Notes under the pieces: generated by a model
Databases searched by the model: none
Told to the model about the DNA's origin: nothing
The model's input: only the letters and a program-made list of their open reading frames with translations
Program-made: the position numbers and the translations under genes
Shown: positions 1 to 10,454 of the stretch, in pieces
How positions within the stretch are numbered: position 1 is the first letter of the stretch
How the letters are laid out: the number at the start of each line of letters is the position of its first letter
Source of the DNA: Planctomycetota bacterium
GTDB lineage: Bacteria > Planctomycetota > UBA1135 > UBA2386
Length of the DNA: 64,000 nt
Reading direction: 5' to 3'
Assembly (NCBI GenBank): GCA_965228735.1
Contig: OZ245838.1
Coordinates: 3,168,001 to 3,232,000, forward strand

Positions 1-2834
1 GGCCTCGTCGATTCCTCGCGCGCCCACAGCCACGCTGCACCGATCGCAGCACCGACGAGCCCGGCCCGCGGATTGAGGAACATCCACGCCGACCGCCACT
101 CCGTCAGGTAGACGACGATCGGCAGCACGAGCGCGGGCGCGAGCGTGACGAGCGCGACACCACGCAGCGCGGTGTTGCCGGTCGCGCGCGCCCGCCATCG
201 ACCGCCGGCCGTGCCGAGGACAGCGACGACGCCGAGCAGCCATGCAATCCACGGACCGGCCGCGCCCTTGCCGTGTGTCGTGTTGCTCCAGGCCACGGCC
301 TCGCAAGCGCCATAGAACACGAGGATCACGAAGGCCCCGGCCGCAGCCGGGTCCGCCGTTCGAACAGGTCCGATCCGCTGCAGCAGCGGCCGCGCGAATG
401 CCAGCGCCCCGGCGACGAGCGCAACGAACACGAATCGCTCGTTCGCCAGGATCGGGAACGGCCCCTCGCCGGCCACGTAGAGCACGAGTCCGACGCCGGC
501 CGCCAGCGCATACGGAATCGCCGCGAGTTCGAGAACCCGCCGCCCCGATGACAGGGCCGCACCGACCCCGCCACCGATCGCGAGCGCGAGCCACACCCAT
601 CCGAGCACCTGCGCCATCGTGCGCGGGCCGGGGTCGGCACCGCCGCGCTGCATGAACGCGGCGACCTCGACCGTCGCGAGCGCCGTCAGCAGCAGCTGCG
701 CGATGCCGAATAGAGCGTTGCCGATCCGCCGCCCACCGTCGTCGAACTGGCGACGCGCCCGCGCCCCGGCGAACGCCGTTGCGGCACAGACCGCGAGGCC
801 AGCGAGGCAGCGCCCGTTGAGCCCGACGAGAGCGTCGGGCGGATAGTCACCGTACGCGATGCCAGCCGCGACCAGCGCGCCGGCGAGCGGCACGAGCCCG
901 ACGATGAACGTCGACCGCTGCGGCCACCGCGCGGTCCACGCGAGGAACCCGCCCACGCCGCCGAGCAGCACCCAGGTGATCGCCGACGCAGGAGCCACGA
1001 CGTCCCACGCCGAGGGATGGCCGCGCGCATGCCGCAGGATCTCGAGGCTGGCCACGAGCAGGAGCCAGAGCCCGGCCGTCGTGCCGAGCACGCGGGACAA
1101 CGTGCGCTCGCTCGGGATCTGCGCTCGCCGACGATGCAGCGCTGCGACGACCGCGAGCCCGAGTGCGGCGACGACGAGTTGTCCGAACCAGCGGTTGACG
1201 ATGAACGGCGCCGCTGGGTCGCCGGCCGGCAGGTGCCAGAACGTCGTCCGTCCGATTGCTACGCCGAGGATGACGAGCGCGCCGAACCGCGTCGGCCCGT
1301 GACCGTGGCGATACCCGAGCCACACGAGCGCCGCCGCTTCGGCGAACCACGCGGTCGTGATCGCGTTCAACGGCAGCAGGTAGAACAGCCCGAGCGTCAG
1401 CAGCAGTACCGCCAGCGCGAGGAAGCCATCGCGCGTTCGGCGATCCCCGCCGACCCGCCGCGCGACCGCCACGCCGAGGCCGAGGTAGAGCACCGAAGCG
1501 ACGAGGCAGCCCCCCGCCAGCAATCGCGGCGCCGGCTCGTGCAGGAGCCACGCACCGTAGGCCATCGTCCAGGCCACGTTCAGGAGCGCCAACGCGAAGC
1601 GCTCGACGGTGACCGGCGTGCGCCGCCGCCAGTGATGCAGGAACGGCAGCAGCAGGAAGACGAGGTGGAAGGCCGCGAGCCAGACCACCGTCGCGTCGGG
1701 CTGCGGATGCGCGTGCCGATGGCTAGCCCACCAACCGCCGAACAGCAGCACCGTTCCCGCGAACGCGAGCAGGTCGAGCGCCCGCCAGCGGCGCCAGAGC
1801 GTGACACCGAGCACGCCGAGGTCGAGCAACAGCAGATACGCACACAGCAGGTCGCGCGCATCCCGCCCGGTGCTCATCAACACCGGCGTCGCGAAACCGC
1901 CGAGCACGGCGAGGAACGCCATCGCGACGGCATCGAGGCGAACGGCGACGGCGAGCCCGGCGATCGTGACCGCGACCATCAACGCGAACGCCGTCGTCGG
2001 TCCGAGCAACGGCTCTTCGACGACCATCATCGCGGGCTGGAACGCCGCGAACACGGTCAGATACAGGAGCGCCTGGCCGCCGCCGAGTAACCCTTGGCCG
2101 AGGGCCACGAAGCCGTTCCGCAGACTGCGCCAACCGCCCGCGATCAGCAGAACGGCGGCGCCGGCCGCGGTCGCGAGGCGCAGACGCGGACCGAACAGCC
2201 GACCGAGCCAGTCGCGGTCGTAGGCGTACTTGAGGAAGAACGCGACGCCGAGGAACAGCAGGCCGATTCCGACCCACGTCAGCCAACGCAGCCCGACCGT
2301 CTTCTCCATGCCGACGAGCTGCCCGGCGCCCGGCGGCGGCGGTTCGTCTCGTGAACCCGCGGCCGACCCGGATGGCAAGGGCGGCGGCACGACCGGCGGC
2401 ACGACCGGCTGCTGGACCCGGGCGATCGCAGCGGCGGTGTCGTCAGCGTCAGGCTCGGCCGCCGTTCCCGACTCGGTTTCCGGCTCGCCTTCGGGCTCGC
2501 GCTCGGGCCTTGGCTCCTCCGACCGCGGCGGCTCGGGCGGCTCCGTCCCAGATGGCGCTGGGTCGAGCTTCGACGGCAACGGCGGCGGAGTCGAGGTACG
2601 CGACGAAGTCGCGTCGGTGAGCCCAGCCGCTTCCTCCGCCCCCCCTCGTTCGGCGGGACTGTCGTCCTCGTCCCGACCGGCGCGCAGTTCCTGCCGCAGG
2701 TCGCGCACCTGCTCGGCCAACCCATCGATCCGGCGTCGCGTTCGCCCCAACTCGAGCTTCGCGAGGATGCCCATCACCGCCCCGACCACGACGACGGCCA
2801 GCAGGGCGAGGACGAGCAGAACGATGAGTTCCAT
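1..2834 (-). CDS. DUF2339-type multi-pass membrane protein (3' end runs off the window)
   Basis: Absent from the ORF track because there is no stop in the window. ATG at 2834 gives MELIVLLVLALLAVVVVGAVMG, then a Pro/Glu-rich linker, then LRWLTWVGIGLLFLGVAFFLKYAYDRDWLG...LAVLGGFATPVLMSTG and many TM helices, as in DUF2339. Confidence 0.8.
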   Translation of the reverse strand, partial: MELIVLLVLALLAVVVVGAVMGILAKLELGRTRRRIDGLAEQVRDLRQELRAGRDEDDSPAERGGAEEAAGLTDATSSRTSTPPPLPSKLDPAPSGTEPPEPPRSEEPRPEREPEGEPETESGTAAEPDADDTAAAIARVQQPVVPPVVPPPLPSGSAAGSRDEPPPPGAGQLVGMEKTVGLRWLTWVGIGLLFLGVAFFLKYAYDRDWLGRLFGPRLRLATAAGAAVLLIAGGWRSLRNGFVALGQGLLGGGQALLYLTVFAAFQPAMMVVEEPLLGPTTAFALMVAVTIAGLAVAVRLDAVAMAFLAVLGGFATPVLMSTGRDARDLLCAYLLLLDLGVLGVTLWRRWRALDLLAFAGTVLLFGGWWASHRHAHPQPDATVVWLAAFHLVFLLLPFLHHWRRRTPVTVERFALALLNVAWTMAYGAWLLHEPAPRLLAGGCLVASVLYLGLGVAVARRVGGDRRTRDGFLALAVLLLTLGLFYLLPLNAITTAWFAEAAALVWLGYRHGHGPTRFGALVILGVAIGRTTFWHLPAGDPAAPFIVNRWFGQLVVAALGLAVVAALHRRRAQIPSERTLSRVLGTTAGLWLLLVASLEILRHARGHPSAWDVVAPASAITWVLLGGVGGFLAWTARWPQRSTFIVGLVPLAGALVAAGIAYGDYPPDALVGLNGRCLAGLAVCAATAFAGARARRQFDDGGRRIGNALFGIAQLLLTALATVEVAAFMQRGGADPGPRTMAQVLGWVWLALAIGGGVGAALSSGRRVLELAAIPYALAAGVGLVLYVAGEGPFPILANERFVFVALVAGALAFARPLLQRIGPVRTADPAAAGAFVILVFYGACEAVAWSNTTHGKGAAGPWIAWLLGVVAVLGTAGGRWRARATGNTALRGVALVTLAPALVLPIVVYLTEWRSAWMFLNPRAGLVGAAIGAAWLWAREESTR

Positions 2835-2846
2835 GCGGACCGGGCG

Positions 2847-5027
2847 TCAGAGCAGCGCGCGCACGTCCACGGCGATCGCGCCACGGTCGTAGGCGAACAA
2901 CGGATTGATCTCGAACTCGAGCACCTCCGGGTTCGCCACCGCGCAGCTCGCGACCGCCATGATGACGTCGACCACGGCTTCGCGGTCGACCGTCGGGCTG
3001 CCGCGGTGCCCGCGGAGCAGGCGTGCCCCGCGCAGCTCGGAGAGCATCTGCTTGGCGTCGCGGCGCTCGATCGGCAGCATGCGCAGGGTGATGTCCTTCA
3101 AGACCTCGACGTGCGTGCCGCCGAGACCGACGACGATCACGCCGCCGTAGTGCGGATCCTTCTTGTAGCCGACGAGCAGCTCGACGATGGGCTTCGGCAG
3201 GGACGGCAGCACGAGCACGCCCTTGAGGTCGGGCTCGATGCCCTGCTTCTGACAGTAGACGCGCACGCTCTCGCCGATCTCGTCGAACGCCTTGCCGACC
3301 GCGGACGCCTCGACGCCGATGCGCACACCGCCGGCCTCGGTCTTGTGCAGCACACCACCGGCGACGCACTTGAGCGCGACCCGCCCACCGATCGCCGCGG
3401 CAGCCGCTTCCGCCTCCTCTCGCGTCTCTGCCAGTTGTCCCTGCACGACCGGGGCGCCGTAGCCCTGCACGAGGTCCCGCGCCTCGGTCTCGAGCAACAC
3501 CCGGCGGGAGGCCTCACGAACGGCGCTTAGCCCGGCCCACTGCTTCTGCTGCGGTGGCGGCGTGCCGCGCCGTCGGTCCAGCTGGCGGCCGCGCTCGTTG
3601 AGTGCTGCCGCGCACCGCGCCGCGACCTCGATCGACGAGACCACGGGCACGCCGGCCTGGCGCAGCACGTCGAGCGGCTCGCTCGACGTCTCGGCATAGA
3701 GGCTGCAGACCACGATCGCGCGCCGGTGCTTGCGAACGGCCTCGACGATCGCCTGCGCCGCGGCGACCTCGCGCGCGAGCAACTCGGAGGCGAACCGGCG
3801 GTGATAGCCGCCGAACAGACCGACGACGAGCACCGTCGCAACCTGCTCGTCTCGAATCAGGCAGTCCACGCACTGCGCGAAGATCATGGGATCCTGATCC
3901 GCGGCGCCGGCGAGATCGATCGGGTTGCCCGGCGGGTGCGCGCCGGCGAGCAGCTTCTGCAGCTCGGTGTCCGTGCTCACCGCCGGCTCCGCGAGACTCG
4001 CCCCGAACGTCTGCAGCGCGTCGATCGCGAGCGTGCCGTGACCACCGCCGTCCGTGAGCACGGCGATGCCGCGGTAACCGCCGCGCACGGGCTGGTTGGC
4101 CAGCGTCTCGGTCACGTGCAGGAGCTCGTCCGTGCGCCGCACCTGGATCACGCCGCTCTGCTTGAGCCCGGCGCGGAACACCGGATACGAGCCGGCGAGC
4201 GCGCCGGTGTGCGAGCGCGCCGCGGCCTTGCCGCGCACGCTGCGCCCGCCCTTCAGCAGCACGACCGGCTTCTTGGCCGTCACGCGAGCCGCCGTCTCGA
4301 GAAAGAGCTGACCGCGCCGAAAACCCTCGACGTACATCGCGATCGCTGCCGTGTCCGGGTCGTCGGCGAGGTACTCGAGGTACTCGTCGAAACGCAGGTC
4401 CGTCTCGTTACCGACGCCGATGACGACCGAGAAGCCGACTCGCGAACGCCGCATCGCCTCGGTCAACAGCTGCAGCGTGATGTTGCCGCTCTGCCCGAGG
4501 ATCGCGATCCGGCCGGCCGGCACGTTCGGCACGCCGATCAAGTTGAGGCCGCGATGCGGGTTGAGGATCCCCGAGGTGTTGGGCCCGACGACGCGGATGC
4601 CCGTCTCCGCGACGACATCCCGGATGCGCTGTTCGAGCTTCTGGCCCGCCGCGCCGGTCTCGCGGAACCCGACCGCCAACACCACCGCGCCCGCGGCGCC
4701 GCGCGCGGCGCATTCGCGGAGGACGTCCGGCACCGTGTTGGCGGGTGTGCAGACGAGCGCCGTGTCGACGATGCCGTCGACGTCGGCGATCGTCTTGCGG
4801 ACCTCGACTCCGTGCACTTCGCCGCCCTTCGGATTGACGGCGTGGATCTCACCCGCGAAGCCGCCGTCGCGCAGCGCGGCGATCGCCTGGTTGCCGCGTT
4901 TGGCAGGGTCCTGCGACGCTCCGACCACGAGGATCCCGCGGGGGCGGAAGATCCGGTCGAGCGCGGCCGGTAGCCCGGCGGACTGGGTGACGGATTCAGA
5001 GGCGGAAGAATGGTCGGACTGGCTCAA
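2847..5027 (-). CDS. Acyl-CoA synthetase (NDP-forming), acetate--CoA ligase family, fused CoA-binding/ligase/ATP-grasp
   Basis: Motifs VVGASQDPAKRG, RVVGPNTSG, GQSGN, GVGNETD, AARSHTGALAG (phospho-His), NPIDL, LHKTEAGGV, EINPL. Confidence 0.9.
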   Translation of the reverse strand: MSQSDHSSASESVTQSAGLPAALDRIFRPRGILVVGASQDPAKRGNQAIAALRDGGFAGEIHAVNPKGGEVHGVEVRKTIADVDGIVDTALVCTPANTVPDVLRECAARGAAGAVVLAVGFRETGAAGQKLEQRIRDVVAETGIRVVGPNTSGILNPHRGLNLIGVPNVPAGRIAILGQSGNITLQLLTEAMRRSRVGFSVVIGVGNETDLRFDEYLEYLADDPDTAAIAMYVEGFRRGQLFLETAARVTAKKPVVLLKGGRSVRGKAAARSHTGALAGSYPVFRAGLKQSGVIQVRRTDELLHVTETLANQPVRGGYRGIAVLTDGGGHGTLAIDALQTFGASLAEPAVSTDTELQKLLAGAHPPGNPIDLAGAADQDPMIFAQCVDCLIRDEQVATVLVVGLFGGYHRRFASELLAREVAAAQAIVEAVRKHRRAIVVCSLYAETSSEPLDVLRQAGVPVVSSIEVAARCAAALNERGRQLDRRRGTPPPQQKQWAGLSAVREASRRVLLETEARDLVQGYGAPVVQGQLAETREEAEAAAAAIGGRVALKCVAGGVLHKTEAGGVRIGVEASAVGKAFDEIGESVRVYCQKQGIEPDLKGVLVLPSLPKPIVELLVGYKKDPHYGGVIVVGLGGTHVEVLKDITLRMLPIERRDAKQMLSELRGARLLRGHRGSPTVDREAVVDVIMAVASCAVANPEVLEFEINPLFAYDRGAIAVDVRALL

Positions 5028-5037
5028 GAGTACCCCG

Positions 5038-5820
5038 TTATCGCCCCTCGTACCGAGGCGCTCGTTTCTCCGCGAACGCGGCGACGCCTTCGCGCCAGTC
5101 CGCGGTCGTCATGCAGTCGAGCAACGCCGCCGCCTCCGCGGCGAGCATCGCATCGAGTCGATCGGCTGCCGGCAACAGCAGCCGCTTCAGATGGGCCACG
5201 GAGCGCGGCGCCTGCGCCGCCACTTCCTGCGCCAGTTCGAGCGCGCGCGGCAGCACCTCCGCTGCCGGCCGGACCTCCTGGCAGATGCCGAGCTCGACGG
5301 CCCGGTCGCCGAGGAAGAACGGACAGCGCAGCAGCAGATCGCGCGCGGTCGCGAGCCCGACGCGGGCCGGCAGGGTGAACGTCACACCGCCACCGACGAA
5401 CGTGCCGAGGCCGATCTCGGGGAAGCGCAGCTTGGCCGAGTCGGCGACCACCGCGAGGTCGCACGCCAGCGCGAGCTCGAGCCCGGCGCCGATCGCGTGC
5501 CCGTTGATCGCGGCCACGATCGGCAGGCGCGACGTCAGCAGGGCCTTCGCGGCGCGCTGCCCGAGATCGACGTAGTGCCGACGCGCCTCGTCCTGCCGCT
5601 CGCCCTCGCCGTGCAGCTTGAGGTCGGCGCCCACGCAGAACCCGCGGCCGGCCCCCGTGACGACTACCGCACGCAACGAGGGGTCGTCCTCGGCGGCCGC
5701 GACCGCGGCGAGCAGTTGCTCGTACAGCTCTTCGCTGACGGCGTTGAGACGATCGGGTCGGTTGAGCGTCAGGACCAGCAACTCGCCCTGACGCTCCTCG
5801 CGCACCGCGGGGTGGGTCAT
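5038..5820 (-). CDS. Enoyl-CoA hydratase/isomerase family protein
   Basis: LNRPDRLNA, GRGFCVGADL, INGHAIGAGLELALACD, FPEIGLG, EGVAAFAEKR. Start trimmed to MTHPAVREE. Confidence 0.9.
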   Translation of the reverse strand: MTHPAVREERQGELLVLTLNRPDRLNAVSEELYEQLLAAVAAAEDDPSLRAVVVTGAGRGFCVGADLKLHGEGERQDEARRHYVDLGQRAAKALLTSRLPIVAAINGHAIGAGLELALACDLAVVADSAKLRFPEIGLGTFVGGGVTFTLPARVGLATARDLLLRCPFFLGDRAVELGICQEVRPAAEVLPRALELAQEVAAQAPRSVAHLKRLLLPAADRLDAMLAAEAAALLDCMTTADWREGVAAFAEKRAPRYEGR

Positions 5821-5883
5821 GCGGCGATCATCCCCGGACCGCTTCGGCGCACAAGCGCGAAACGGCCGCACCCTCCGCGCGCC

Positions 5884-7524
5884 TCAGGGCACGATCGTCA
5901 ACCGGACCGGCTGACTCGCGCGCGTCGCGAGCAGCGAGTTGTTCAGCACGAAGTGCGCGAAATCGAGGTCGGTGCCGATGAGGGCAGGAGGGATGAAGTT
6001 CGGCGGCACCACGATCGCGGACGTCGCGGCCCCGACGGCATCGAGCCCCGTCAGGTTGTTCACGAAGATGCCCGTGTTGGACGTCTGCGCCATCGCCGCG
6101 AACAGGAAGTCGAGGTTGAGCGGCAGCGTGACGCCGCCCGGCAGCAGCGTGCCCGGCGTGGTGCCCGAGACCGACGCGAGCAGCCACACGCCATCGGCCG
6201 CGCTCGTGCTGCCGACGAGGTGGTCGAAGTTGACCTGACCGCCGCTGACGGACAGCCCGGTGCTGTCGGCCCACAACGCCCGCTCGACGAGGTGGGCCTG
6301 GAAGAGGCCGAACGACTGGTTCACCGGCGTGTGCACGTAGCTCCACACCTTGGCGCCGGCCGGGTCGACCTCGAACAGCTCGAACTGCTGGCCGCTGCAG
6401 ACCAGGGTGTTGCCGTTCCGTAGCCGTTGGGCGCTCGAGATGAAGCCCGAGAAGAAGCTCGGATCCGTGTAGATCCAGCTCGGCGCGGGCGGGTCGTACT
6501 GCCCCGTCTGCGCGTTGAGCGCGAACGTGCCGTTCGGCTGCACCGCCGGCAGCGTCACTTCGTAGATCGACGACTGCGTCGGCGGGTTGTAGATGTTGTT
6601 GAAGATCGTGATGTTGCCCGCGCCCGGAAAACCCGGCGGAATGAACCGCGTGTCGTGCGCACCGCCGAGCCACCGGTCGACGATCGTGCCGGCGCGATAC
6701 GCCTCCGGGTTGCCCCAGCGGTAGAGGATGTCGCCGCCGCGGCCGCGGTTGCCGCCGGTGTGGCCCGCAGCCTCCGCCGTCGTCGTCGAGTGATCGATGA
6801 TGTACATCTCACCCTGCTCGCGGGAGCAGATGACGATCCAGTCGTTGATCGGGTCGTAGTCGAGCCCGTTGAAGTGATTCCAATCGCCGTTGTCGAGCAC
6901 CCACGCCGGATAGTTGATGTCGACCAGCTCGGGATGCGCCGCCACGTTCCCGAAGTTGGCCTGCGCCGCATCGAAGTCCTGGATCACGTGGTCCATCAGG
7001 TGCCACTCCCACACGACGTTGCCGGTCGTCGGCCCCGTCTGCTCGATCTCGAGGATCGCGTCGGGATACCACTCGACCACACCACTCGCGATCAACGCCG
7101 GATCGCGACCGGCCGCGATCGCCTGCGCCGACGTCAGGTTGTCCCAGACGATGACGAGCACATTGCCGTTGGGCATGGGTTCGATGTCGTGGTGCATGAA
7201 CGCATTCGGACCGTCGATGAGCATGTCCCACTGCAGCGTGCCGTCGAACGCGAGTCGTTCGAGTCGGCCCGTCGAGCCGCCGATCGGGATCGTCCCGGTC
7301 TGACTGCCGCGGATCAGCGAGCCGTCGTCCATCATGTGCGCGGTCAACCCGAACGTCCCGGGCCACGAGTGCACGACCTGCCCCGCTTCGTCGACGAGCT
7401 GGGTCACGTTGTCGCCGATCGGCACGAACAGCCGCAGGCCTTGGGTCTGCGCGGCCAGCGGCGCGGCGACGAGAGCACAGACCGCGAGAGTCAGCGCCCG
7501 GACGGGTCCCGAATACGGATACAT
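5884..7524 (-). CDS. Secreted arylsulfotransferase (ASST)-family beta-propeller with C-terminal appended domain
   Basis: Signal peptide ...APLAA-Q; motifs HHDIEPMPNGN, DWNHFN, ILYRWGNP, AHD, ISSAQRLRNGNTL. Confidence 0.8.
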   Translation of the reverse strand: MYPYSGPVRALTLAVCALVAAPLAAQTQGLRLFVPIGDNVTQLVDEAGQVVHSWPGTFGLTAHMMDDGSLIRGSQTGTIPIGGSTGRLERLAFDGTLQWDMLIDGPNAFMHHDIEPMPNGNVLVIVWDNLTSAQAIAAGRDPALIASGVVEWYPDAILEIEQTGPTTGNVVWEWHLMDHVIQDFDAAQANFGNVAAHPELVDINYPAWVLDNGDWNHFNGLDYDPINDWIVICSREQGEMYIIDHSTTTAEAAGHTGGNRGRGGDILYRWGNPEAYRAGTIVDRWLGGAHDTRFIPPGFPGAGNITIFNNIYNPPTQSSIYEVTLPAVQPNGTFALNAQTGQYDPPAPSWIYTDPSFFSGFISSAQRLRNGNTLVCSGQQFELFEVDPAGAKVWSYVHTPVNQSFGLFQAHLVERALWADSTGLSVSGGQVNFDHLVGSTSAADGVWLLASVSGTTPGTLLPGGVTLPLNLDFLFAAMAQTSNTGIFVNNLTGLDAVGAATSAIVVPPNFIPPALIGTDLDFAHFVLNNSLLATRASQPVRLTIVP

Positions 7525-7687
7525 TGGGTGAACGATCGCCGCTGGCGCCCGTCCGTCAACCCGGCCCGCCGGCCATTACCGTGCGGAGCATCGTGCGCGG
7601 GCCGCGATCGCGCCGTGGCGCCCAGCGCCGGATCCGCGCAACACCCCCGATGACAACGTCGTCAGATGAGAGCGGACGAGGTCGAGC

Positions 7688-10303
7688 CTACCACGGCTGC
7701 ACGACCGTGACCTCACCGGCAACGAGTCGCACGGGCACTCGCAGGGCTTCGTCCCGGCCCGCGTACAGCACCACGGTCGTCGCGGTGTCCGAGGTCGCGA
7801 GCACGACGCTGCGACCGGCCTCGAGCGCCGACCGGGTCGTCGTGCTCGAAACCCCGCTGCGCTTCAGCGTCAGCTCGAGTCGCCTGCCATCACCGTCGAG
7901 AACGCTGAACGCGTCGACCCCGCGTTCGGGCGGCGTCACGACGCGCAGGTAGCATCGCCGGGCGACCGTGATGATGACGCCGTCGCCGCTCGCCGTGGCC
8001 GGCAACGGATGGTCGGTCGCGATGATGTCGTGACCCGATGCAATCAGCTTGAGACCGGGCCGCGGCGCGCGGCCGAGCTCGAAGCGCCCGTCCTCGTCCG
8101 TCGCCCCGAGATCGTCACCGAGCCAGTTGGTGCTGCCGTTCGATCGATACACCTCGACCGAGAGGCCGAGCGAGACCCGCCCCACGCCGTTGCCGTCGCG
8201 ATCGACGACCCGCCCCGTGATCGTCTCGCGCCAACGGTCGGCGGGCAGCTGGATCACGACGCTACCCGGCGTCACCCGCAACGGCGGCGACGTCCAGCCG
8301 AACATGCGTTCGCGGTCGAGAACCCGGAACGCGTACTCGGCGCCGCTCTCGAGTCCGGGCACGACGAAGCAGCCCTCGTCGTCCGTCCGGCCGAACGAGC
8401 GCAGACTGGGCCCCGCGAGGTTGACCGGCTCGGTGGTCGGGTCGACCGCGAGTTCGTCGGCCGTCACCGACCAACCGACCGCCGGTCGATCCCACGGATA
8501 CACGAGCAGTCCCGCCGGCGCCGGCGTGCCATCGGCTTCGACCAGCTGGCCGCGCAACTCGACCGCCGTCGGACCGAGCTCCAGATCGACCCGAATCGTC
8601 GCCGCGTCCGGCCCGGCTCTCGCGATCCGCTCCGCGAGATCGCGCACGACGGCCGGCCGTTGACCGACGGCCGCGGCGTGCAGCACGGTGTGCTTCGTGA
8701 CCGAGCGGCCGGTCAGGTCGAGTTCGTAGTCGCCGTACGCGTCGGTCGTCACGATGCCGCTGCCGTCGAACCCGACCTGCGCTCCCACGATCGGCATGAG
8801 CCGGTCGCCGAGGACCGTGCCGATCAGCGTCCGGCGCCCGCCACCCAGCGGTTCGAGAACGATCTCGAGTTGGCGGTCGTCGGGCAACACGGCGCGCGTC
8901 ACGCGCCGATACCCCGGGTGCGACACGCACAGACTCGACCCGGTCGCGTCACAGCGCAGGCCGGCGAAGAGCCCGGCCGCGTCGGACTTCATCCGCGCAC
9001 CGCGCAGACGCACGGCGTGTTCGAGCGGCATCGGGAAGTCGACCAGCGGCCGCAGACGCACTTCGATCTCGGCGTTCGGCAGCGGCATCCCGTCCGGATC
9101 GACGACCGTGCCGCGGAGCTCGAGCGCGCGGGAGACGACGAGCCGCAACGGAAAGCTCGGCTTCCGGGAGCCGTTGAAACTCGCGGTGTGCAGCGGCAGC
9201 AGGTCGTTCGACGCGGGGAGCAGATAGCCCCCGTGATCGGGTACGGCGAACTCGATCACGCCGTCGTGGTCGCTCGTCCCGATCGTCTCGGGCTCGGCAT
9301 CCGGCAGGTCGAGCGCATACGACGCCGACTGGAGGGAGCCGCGCCCGATCGCGACGTCCACCCCGCGCGCCGGCGAACCGTCGGCCCAGAAGACCTCGAC
9401 GCGCGCCATCGGTGGCGCGGCGCCCGCCGCTTCGGCAGGTGGCGTAGCCGCCTCCACGAGCGCGCGCTCGGGATCGGCGTTGCGCGAACTGCTCGTGTCC
9501 TCGGGCGCCGCCTCGGCCGGCGCGGGCGCCACCGAGCCAGCGGTGCCGCTGTCCGGCTCGGGTTCATGGCCGGTGCTCGCAACGAAGATCACCGCGCCGA
9601 GCGCGAGAACGACCGCGATCGTCGCGGTCCATCGGGTCGTGGTCATTGAGATTGCCGTGAGGAAGAGTTCGAGCGGGCGGGCACCTGGCGGCAGCGGGCC
9701 GGACGCCGGAGCGACCGTCGCGTCCGGCGCGAGTCCGGCGCCGTCGAGGGGCAACTGGGCGAGCGCGACGATGCCCGCGCGATTGCGCCAGTCGGAGCCG
9801 AACTGCGCCTCGAGTCGTTCGCGAAGTCGCCGGAGACCGCGGTGGCAGCGCTGCCGAACCGTGTTGGACGAGACCCCGAGTCGAGCGGCGATCGTGCGCG
9901 GTTCGAGGTCCTCGAAGTATCGCAGGATGAGCGTCGTGCGGTCGGGCTCGGGCAGCTCGGCGACGGCGGCCGTCAGCCGCTGTCGCGTCTCGAGCCGCTG
10001 CAGGAGCTCGGCAGTGCACGGCACCGTACCGCGTTCGTCGTTCGACCGGGCGTTCCGTTCGGGCCGCCGCGATTCCTGCCGCCGCTGCGTGATCGCGAGG
10101 TTGCGCACCACCCGACCGAGGAACGCGCGCAGGGCGCCGCGCGCCGGGCGGCTCCGCCACGCTGCGAGCATCGCCTCCTGCGCGAGGTCGTCCGCCGTCG
10201 CCGGGTCGCGGGCGAGCGACCGCGACAGCCGCCGGAGCCAGCCGTCGTGGCGCAGCAGTTCGTCGACGACGGCGACATCGGTTGACCGCGGAGATTCGGA
10301 CAT
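7688..10303 (-). CDS. ECF sigma factor fused through a TM helix to extracytoplasmic carboxypeptidase-regulatory-like repeats
   Basis: Sigma2 (ADDLAQEAMLAAW, FLGRVVRNL) and sigma4 (LPEPDRTTLILRYFEDL...IAARLGVSSNTVRQR), TM IAVVLALGAVIFVA, then repeated GxVVDxDGxP / TDxxGxF units. Start trimmed to MSESPRS. Confidence 0.85.
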   Translation of the reverse strand: MSESPRSTDVAVVDELLRHDGWLRRLSRSLARDPATADDLAQEAMLAAWRSRPARGALRAFLGRVVRNLAITQRRQESRRPERNARSNDERGTVPCTAELLQRLETRQRLTAAVAELPEPDRTTLILRYFEDLEPRTIAARLGVSSNTVRQRCHRGLRRLRERLEAQFGSDWRNRAGIVALAQLPLDGAGLAPDATVAPASGPLPPGARPLELFLTAISMTTTRWTATIAVVLALGAVIFVASTGHEPEPDSGTAGSVAPAPAEAAPEDTSSSRNADPERALVEAATPPAEAAGAAPPMARVEVFWADGSPARGVDVAIGRGSLQSASYALDLPDAEPETIGTSDHDGVIEFAVPDHGGYLLPASNDLLPLHTASFNGSRKPSFPLRLVVSRALELRGTVVDPDGMPLPNAEIEVRLRPLVDFPMPLEHAVRLRGARMKSDAAGLFAGLRCDATGSSLCVSHPGYRRVTRAVLPDDRQLEIVLEPLGGGRRTLIGTVLGDRLMPIVGAQVGFDGSGIVTTDAYGDYELDLTGRSVTKHTVLHAAAVGQRPAVVRDLAERIARAGPDAATIRVDLELGPTAVELRGQLVEADGTPAPAGLLVYPWDRPAVGWSVTADELAVDPTTEPVNLAGPSLRSFGRTDDEGCFVVPGLESGAEYAFRVLDRERMFGWTSPPLRVTPGSVVIQLPADRWRETITGRVVDRDGNGVGRVSLGLSVEVYRSNGSTNWLGDDLGATDEDGRFELGRAPRPGLKLIASGHDIIATDHPLPATASGDGVIITVARRCYLRVVTPPERGVDAFSVLDGDGRRLELTLKRSGVSSTTTRSALEAGRSVVLATSDTATTVVLYAGRDEALRVPVRLVAGEVTVVQPW

Positions 10304-10454
10304 GCACGAACAGAGTCGTCGGGACCCGCGGCTCGTTATCGGAAAACCAGCGATCGCCGTCCTTGCGAAAACCGGTGTGCGCTTCGCGCCGGGACATCGA
10401 GGTCCGGAATGGCCCCATCCGGGCCGCGGTCCCTGCCGCATACCCGAATCTCCG

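Noticed and set aside
2340..2680. Pro/Glu-rich low-complexity stretch with short repeats
   Set aside because: Ordinary disordered linker of the DUF2339-type protein.
9480..10454. Long N-terminal extensions of real ORFs (also 14942, 19571, 23689, 31094, 36124, 38134, 53697 and the minus-strand equivalents)
   Set aside because: They overlap neighbouring genes; signal peptides, RBSs or domain starts point to downstream start codons.
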